DNA of 64,000 nucleotides from an uncultured Streptococcus sp. (GTDB lineage Bacteria; Bacillota; Bacilli; Lactobacillales; Streptococcaceae): NCBI RefSeq assembly GCF_963521255.1, contig NZ_CAUQTU010000010.1, positions 3,866 to 67,865 of the forward strand, read 5' to 3'. Shown piece by piece: positions 58,977 to 64,000 of this stretch (position 1 is its first letter; each line of letters starts with the position of its first letter). The notes under the pieces were generated by a model. It saw only the letters and a program-made list of their open reading frames with translations, ran no database searches and was not told where the DNA came from. The position numbers and the translations under genes were made by a program.

Positions 58977-59819
58977 ATGCTCTCATGGTTAGCACGTATT
59001 ATTAAAGGGATTGTCATTGCTCTTGGATTTATTCTACCGGGGATTTCCGGAGGGGTTCTAGCAGCAATCCTAGGAATCTATGAACGAATGATTGGCTTTC
59101 TAGCCCATCCCTTTAAAGACTTTAAAGAAAATGTTTTGTACTTTATTCCCGTTGCCATCGGTATGCTTCTGGGAATCGGCTTATTTTCTTACCCGATTGA
59201 ATACCTGCTTGAAAATTATCAAGTCTTTGTCTTATGGAGCTTTGCAGGTGCCATCATTGGTACTGTTCCTAGCCTCCTCAAAGAATCAACTCGAGAATCT
59301 GACCGAGACAAGATTGATCTAGCTTGGTTCTGGGTAACCTTTATCATTTCTGGACTAGGTCTCTATGCCTTAAATTTTGTTGTTGGAACCTTAAGCGCCA
59401 GCTTTCTTAACTTCGTCCTAGCAGGTGCACTATTGGCTCTTGGTGTATTGGTTCCTGGTCTCAGTCCATCAAATCTACTTTTGATTTTGGGACTCTATGC
59501 TCCTATGTTGACTGGTTTTAAAACCTTTGACCTCTTGGGAACCTTCTTCCCAATTGGAATCGGAGCAGGTGCAACTCTTATCATTTTTTCAAAATTGATG
59601 GATTATGCCTTAAACAACTACCACTCACGCGTCTATCATTTCATCATCGGAATCGTCTTATCAAGTACTCTTTTGATTTTGATTCCAAATGCAGGAAACG
59701 CTGAAAGTATCCAATACATGGGACTTTCACATGTCGGTTATGTCATCATTGCCTTCTTCTTTGCTCTAGGAATCTGGCTTGGTATTTGGATGAGCCAATT
59801 GGAGGATAAGTATAAATAA
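58977..59819 (+). CDS. DUF368 family membrane protein
   Basis: 280 aa, about 8 TM helices. GFILPGISGG and VPGLSPS repeats are typical of DUF368. Confidence 0.7.
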   Translation: MLSWLARIIKGIVIALGFILPGISGGVLAAILGIYERMIGFLAHPFKDFKENVLYFIPVAIGMLLGIGLFSYPIEYLLENYQVFVLWSFAGAIIGTVPSLLKESTRESDRDKIDLAWFWVTFIISGLGLYALNFVVGTLSASFLNFVLAGALLALGVLVPGLSPSNLLLILGLYAPMLTGFKTFDLLGTFFPIGIGAGATLIIFSKLMDYALNNYHSRVYHFIIGIVLSSTLLILIPNAGNAESIQYMGLSHVGYVIIAFFFALGIWLGIWMSQLEDKYK

Positions 59820-60304
59820 TGGCAAAAAAAGTAAAAATCAAAAAAACATTGGTGGAACAAATTCTGTCTAAAGCAGGTATCCCACATCAGGGAATTCAAA
59901 TCAATGCCCTGGAAGGAGAGCTTCCTCAAGGTTATGAACGAGATCAGATTTTCAAAACCTTGGCTCTTTTGGGAGATAAAACAGGACCGATTATCGGAAT
60001 TGTGCCTATCACTCAACACTTGTCGGAAAAGAAACTAGCCAAAATTTCTGGCAATAAAAAAGTGAGCATGATTCCACAAAAGGATTTGGAAAAAACAACT
60101 GGTTACATTCATGGAGCCAATAATCCTGTCGGAATTCGTCAGAAACACAATTACCCCATTTTTATCGATAAAATCGCTCTAGACTTGGATCAAATGATTG
60201 TCTCTGCTGGGGAAGTTGGTCACAGCATTATCGTCGCTCCACAAGACTTGGCTAACTTTGTAAAAGCTGACTTTGCAGATATCTTGGAGGGCAACCAAGA
60301 ATGA
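59819..60304 (+). CDS. ybaK: YbaK/EbsC Cys-tRNA(Pro) deacylase
   Basis: 161 aa with YbaK-like size and sequence (KTLALLGDKTGPIIGIVP, SAGEVGHSI). Confidence 0.75.
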   Translation: MAKKVKIKKTLVEQILSKAGIPHQGIQINALEGELPQGYERDQIFKTLALLGDKTGPIIGIVPITQHLSEKKLAKISGNKKVSMIPQKDLEKTTGYIHGANNPVGIRQKHNYPIFIDKIALDLDQMIVSAGEVGHSIIVAPQDLANFVKADFADILEGNQE

Positions 60305-60918
60305 AACTCTACTTTGTCCGCCACGGCCGTACCCTTTGGAACCAGGAAGGACGCTTTCAAGGTGCTAGTGGAGATTCTCCCCTTCTTCCTGAATCCATTG
60401 AAACCTTAAAACAACTTGGCCAATATCTCAAGGATGTTCCTTTTGATCAGATTTATTCAAGTGATTTACCTCGAGCGATCAAATCTGCTGAAATTATCCA
60501 AAGTCAACTCCAGACCCCCTGTCCTTTAGAAAGTGTTCCTAATCTCCGTGAATGGCAGCTGGGGAAGTTGGAAGGTTTAAAAGTCGCAACCTTGGAAGCT
60601 ATTTACCCGCAACAAATCAAAGCTTTCCGATCTAATCTTGCCAAGTTTGACACTCAAATGTTCGGAGCCGAATCCCTCTATAGCACCACGCAACGGACCA
60701 TCCAATTTATCAAATCATTGAAAGATAGTCCGGCTAATCGTATTCTAATTGTCGGCCACGGTGCTAATCTTACTGCCAGTCTTCGTACTCTTCTAGGCTA
60801 TAAAGAACCACTTCTTCGTAAAGATGGCGGTCTAGCAAATACCAGCCTAACCATTCTAGAAACCCATGATTTTGAAGCATTTACACTCGATACTTGGAAT
60901 GATACTTCCTATCAATAA
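60301..60918 (+). CDS. histidine phosphatase (phosphoglycerate mutase family)
   Basis: 205 aa. RHGRTLWN (RHG) motif and GHGANL. Confidence 0.8.
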   Translation: MKLYFVRHGRTLWNQEGRFQGASGDSPLLPESIETLKQLGQYLKDVPFDQIYSSDLPRAIKSAEIIQSQLQTPCPLESVPNLREWQLGKLEGLKVATLEAIYPQQIKAFRSNLAKFDTQMFGAESLYSTTQRTIQFIKSLKDSPANRILIVGHGANLTASLRTLLGYKEPLLRKDGGLANTSLTILETHDFEAFTLDTWNDTSYQ

Positions 60919-60919
60919 C

Positions 60920-60950
60920 AGAACTTGATTTTAGCGTCAAGTTCTTTTTA
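60920..60950 (+). terminator. intrinsic terminator
   Basis: AGAACTTGA-ttttagcg-TCAAGTTCT followed by TTTT. Confidence 0.75.
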
Positions 60951-61046
60951 GTTTTGAAAGATTATCCGTGAATTTCTTGCTTATTTATGATAAAATGGGA
61001 GTATCGCAAAAAATGACTCATCGTATTCAATTTTGAGTAAAACTAG

Positions 61047-62546
<1,500 letters not shown>

Positions 62547-62554
62547 ATTCTTAT

Positions 62555-62582
62555 CCTCTGGTACTTGCCAGGGGATTTTTTC
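62555..62582 (+). terminator. intrinsic terminator after lysS
   Basis: CCTCTGG-tacttg-CCAGGGG followed by ATTTTTT. Confidence 0.7.
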
Positions 62583-62596
62583 ATAGCCAAAAGAAA

Positions 62597-62628
62597 TAGA
62601 CTGAAGTTTTCACCTCAGTCTATTTTTC
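62597..62628. terminator. bidirectional hairpin between lysS and the LPXTG gene
   Basis: AGACTGA-agttttcacc-TCAGTCT with T-runs on both strands. Confidence 0.6.
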
Positions 62629-62659
62629 TATTGAACTTTAGAAAGGAAGTTTTTCTTTC

Positions 62660-64000
62660 TTAGTCTTCTTTTTTCTTACGAGCTACAAGTCCGAATGCAC
62701 CCAACATCCCAAGAAGTCCAAGACTAGCTAGACCAGCCTTATCTTCTGTACCAGTATTTGGTAATTCCTTCTTGTTATTGGATACGGTTGTTTCAGCTAC
62801 TTGTTGAGAATCTGTAGAACTTGTCTGAACTGGAGTAGCTACTGGTTTTTCTGGACTTGTAGGAGTCTCTGGAGCACTTGATTGCTCTTGATTGATTGGT
62901 TTTTTCACTTTCTTATAGTGATGTAGGGTATTTCCTTTAGCATCCGTTGTTGAATGACTAAATTCGTATCCTTCCAACTCTATTGGATTGTGTTTTCCTT
63001 CTTTATCTGAAGTAATTCTGTTACCATTTTCATCAAGATATTCCGTTACAATCTGAACAGTTGAATCGCCATTTTGAGAAATGACTCCTCCACCATTTTG
63101 TGATTTAGGTGTTACTGTTACAGGAACTTCCACTGTAATAATACGACCGTCAGGTAATTTAACTTTTACCTTAACAACTGGTTTTGCTCCAGGTGTTTCA
63201 GTTGTTGGAATTTCTCCGACTTCAACAATTTCCCATCCTTCTGGTAAACCTACTTTCTTAATAACATCCTCTTTCGTAATTGGTGTTCCAACTTCCACTA
63301 CAATAGGAGTTACTTTCGGTGTTACGATGATTGGTACTTCTACTTCAACAATTTCTCCAGTTGGAACTTTAATCTTCACTTTAACGCTTGGTTTCACTCC
63401 AGCAGGAATTGTTGTTGGGATTTCTCCTACTTCGACAATTTCCCATCCTGGTTCTTTTGGAAGATCAATATGTCCTTTCACATCGTCTGGTGTGATTGGT
63501 GTTCCTTGTGGTACAACAATTTGTCTTACAGTTGGAGTAACGATGACTGGTACATCGACAGTAATCTTACGACCATCTGGTAATTCAATCTCTACTGGAA
63601 CGACAGGTTTTGTTCCTGGTGTTGATGTTGTTGGGATTTCTCCTACTTTTGTTACCTTCCATCCATTTGGTAATTCAATATGTTTCTGAACATCTTCTGG
63701 CGTAACTGGTGTTCCTACTTGAACTACTACTGGTGTTACTTTTGGTGTTACGATTACCGGAATATTTACAGTTACTCGAATTCCATTTGGTAACTCGATA
63801 ACAACTGGAATACTTGGTCTTTCACCTGAAATATCTGTTGAAGGTTTGTCACCAATTGAGATAATTTTTGCTCCTTTTGGAATGTGTTTTTCAACATCCT
63901 CAGTAGTAATTGGATCACCTTGTTTTTTAACAATATCTTCAATAGGAATTACAGTTACTGGAATTTCTACAGTCACAACTTTGCCATTTGGCAATTCAAT
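62660..64000 (-). CDS. LPXTG-anchored surface protein with Rib-like tandem repeats (C-terminal part; gene runs off the right edge)
   Basis: C-terminus reads LPNTG plus hydrophobic GLASLGLLGMLGAFGLV plus ARKKKED. Upstream are at least four repeats of about 73 aa (GTP(I/V)TxEDV..H(I/V)xLP.GW.(I/V).(K/E)VGEIPTT..PG.KP.V.V.(I/V).LPDGR.ITV.VPV.VTP). Confidence 0.85.
   Translation of the reverse strand: MELPNGKVVTVEIPVTVIPIEDIVKKQGDPITTEDVEKHIPKGAKIISIGDKPSTDISGERPSIPVVIELPNGIRVTVNIPVIVTPKVTPVVVQVGTPVTPEDVQKHIELPNGWKVTKVGEIPTTSTPGTKPVVPVEIELPDGRKITVDVPVIVTPTVRQIVVPQGTPITPDDVKGHIDLPKEPGWEIVEVGEIPTTIPAGVKPSVKVKIKVPTGEIVEVEVPIIVTPKVTPIVVEVGTPITKEDVIKKVGLPEGWEIVEVGEIPTTETPGAKPVVKVKVKLPDGRIITVEVPVTVTPKSQNGGGVISQNGDSTVQIVTEYLDENGNRITSDKEGKHNPIELEGYEFSHSTTDAKGNTLHHYKKVKKPINQEQSSAPETPTSPEKPVATPVQTSSTDSQQVAETTVSNNKKELPNTGTEDKAGLASLGLLGMLGAFGLVARKKKED

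Noticed and set aside
63081-63689. A 202-aa plus-strand ORF with its own internal repeats
   Set aside because: It is the mirror frame of the Rib-like repeats of the LPXTG gene. Only the minus-strand frame ends in a complete sortase signal.
62900-64000. A regularly spaced DNA repeat that could be mistaken for a CRISPR-like array
   Set aside because: The period is about 219 bp, the repeats are contiguous with no unique spacers, and they are in frame within a surface-protein gene. No cas genes were seen.

Overview
The window looks like a chromosomal segment of a mitis-group Streptococcus (S. mitis/oralis/pneumoniae-like). This call rests on three full BOX elements plus one divergent copy, a complete lic1 choline locus (tarIJ-licABC), choline-binding repeats, and pneumococcus-like gene order. 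That order runs topA-dprA-lic1 ... carBA-pyrBR-nth ... htpX-lemA-rsmG-pyrP-ffh-ylxM ... rplS-crcB-flavodoxin-nrnA-rpmE2, then glmU-nudF-mtnN and lysS. Most of the window is ordinary housekeeping DNA. Four accessory pieces stand out. (1) At 24.7-37.6 kb there is a roughly 12.9-kb, visibly A+T-rich array of 20 small genes, all on the minus strand, next to tRNA-Arg(CCU). It contains SUKH/SMI1-KNR4, YezG/DUF600-like and tandem five-TM (TsaI/DUF443-like) proteins, an ADP-ribosylglycohydrolase, and several unknown paralogous families. No toxin, secretion or mobility gene is present, so it looks like an orphan polymorphic-toxin immunity island. (2) At 41.3-47.7 kb lie mntH and a tatAC-efeUOB iron-uptake operon. 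(3) At 47.9-51.2 kb a small serine recombinase gene is followed at once by two hix-like imperfect palindromes in inverted orientation, 127 bp apart. They sit in front of a frameshifted choline-binding protein gene, a TM2-domain gene and a lipoprotein gene, which makes this a candidate invertible switch or res site. (4) A Rib-repeat LPXTG surface protein runs off the right edge. Other items: a truncated second copy of the mntH 5' end plus leader 36 kb from the intact gene, a structured repeat-bearing carA-carB spacer, PyrR attenuators, and a terminator-containing leader in front of an ABC-F gene. No rRNA, CRISPR array, transposase or prophage was seen. All calls come from reading the sequence and the ORF track; no database search was run.
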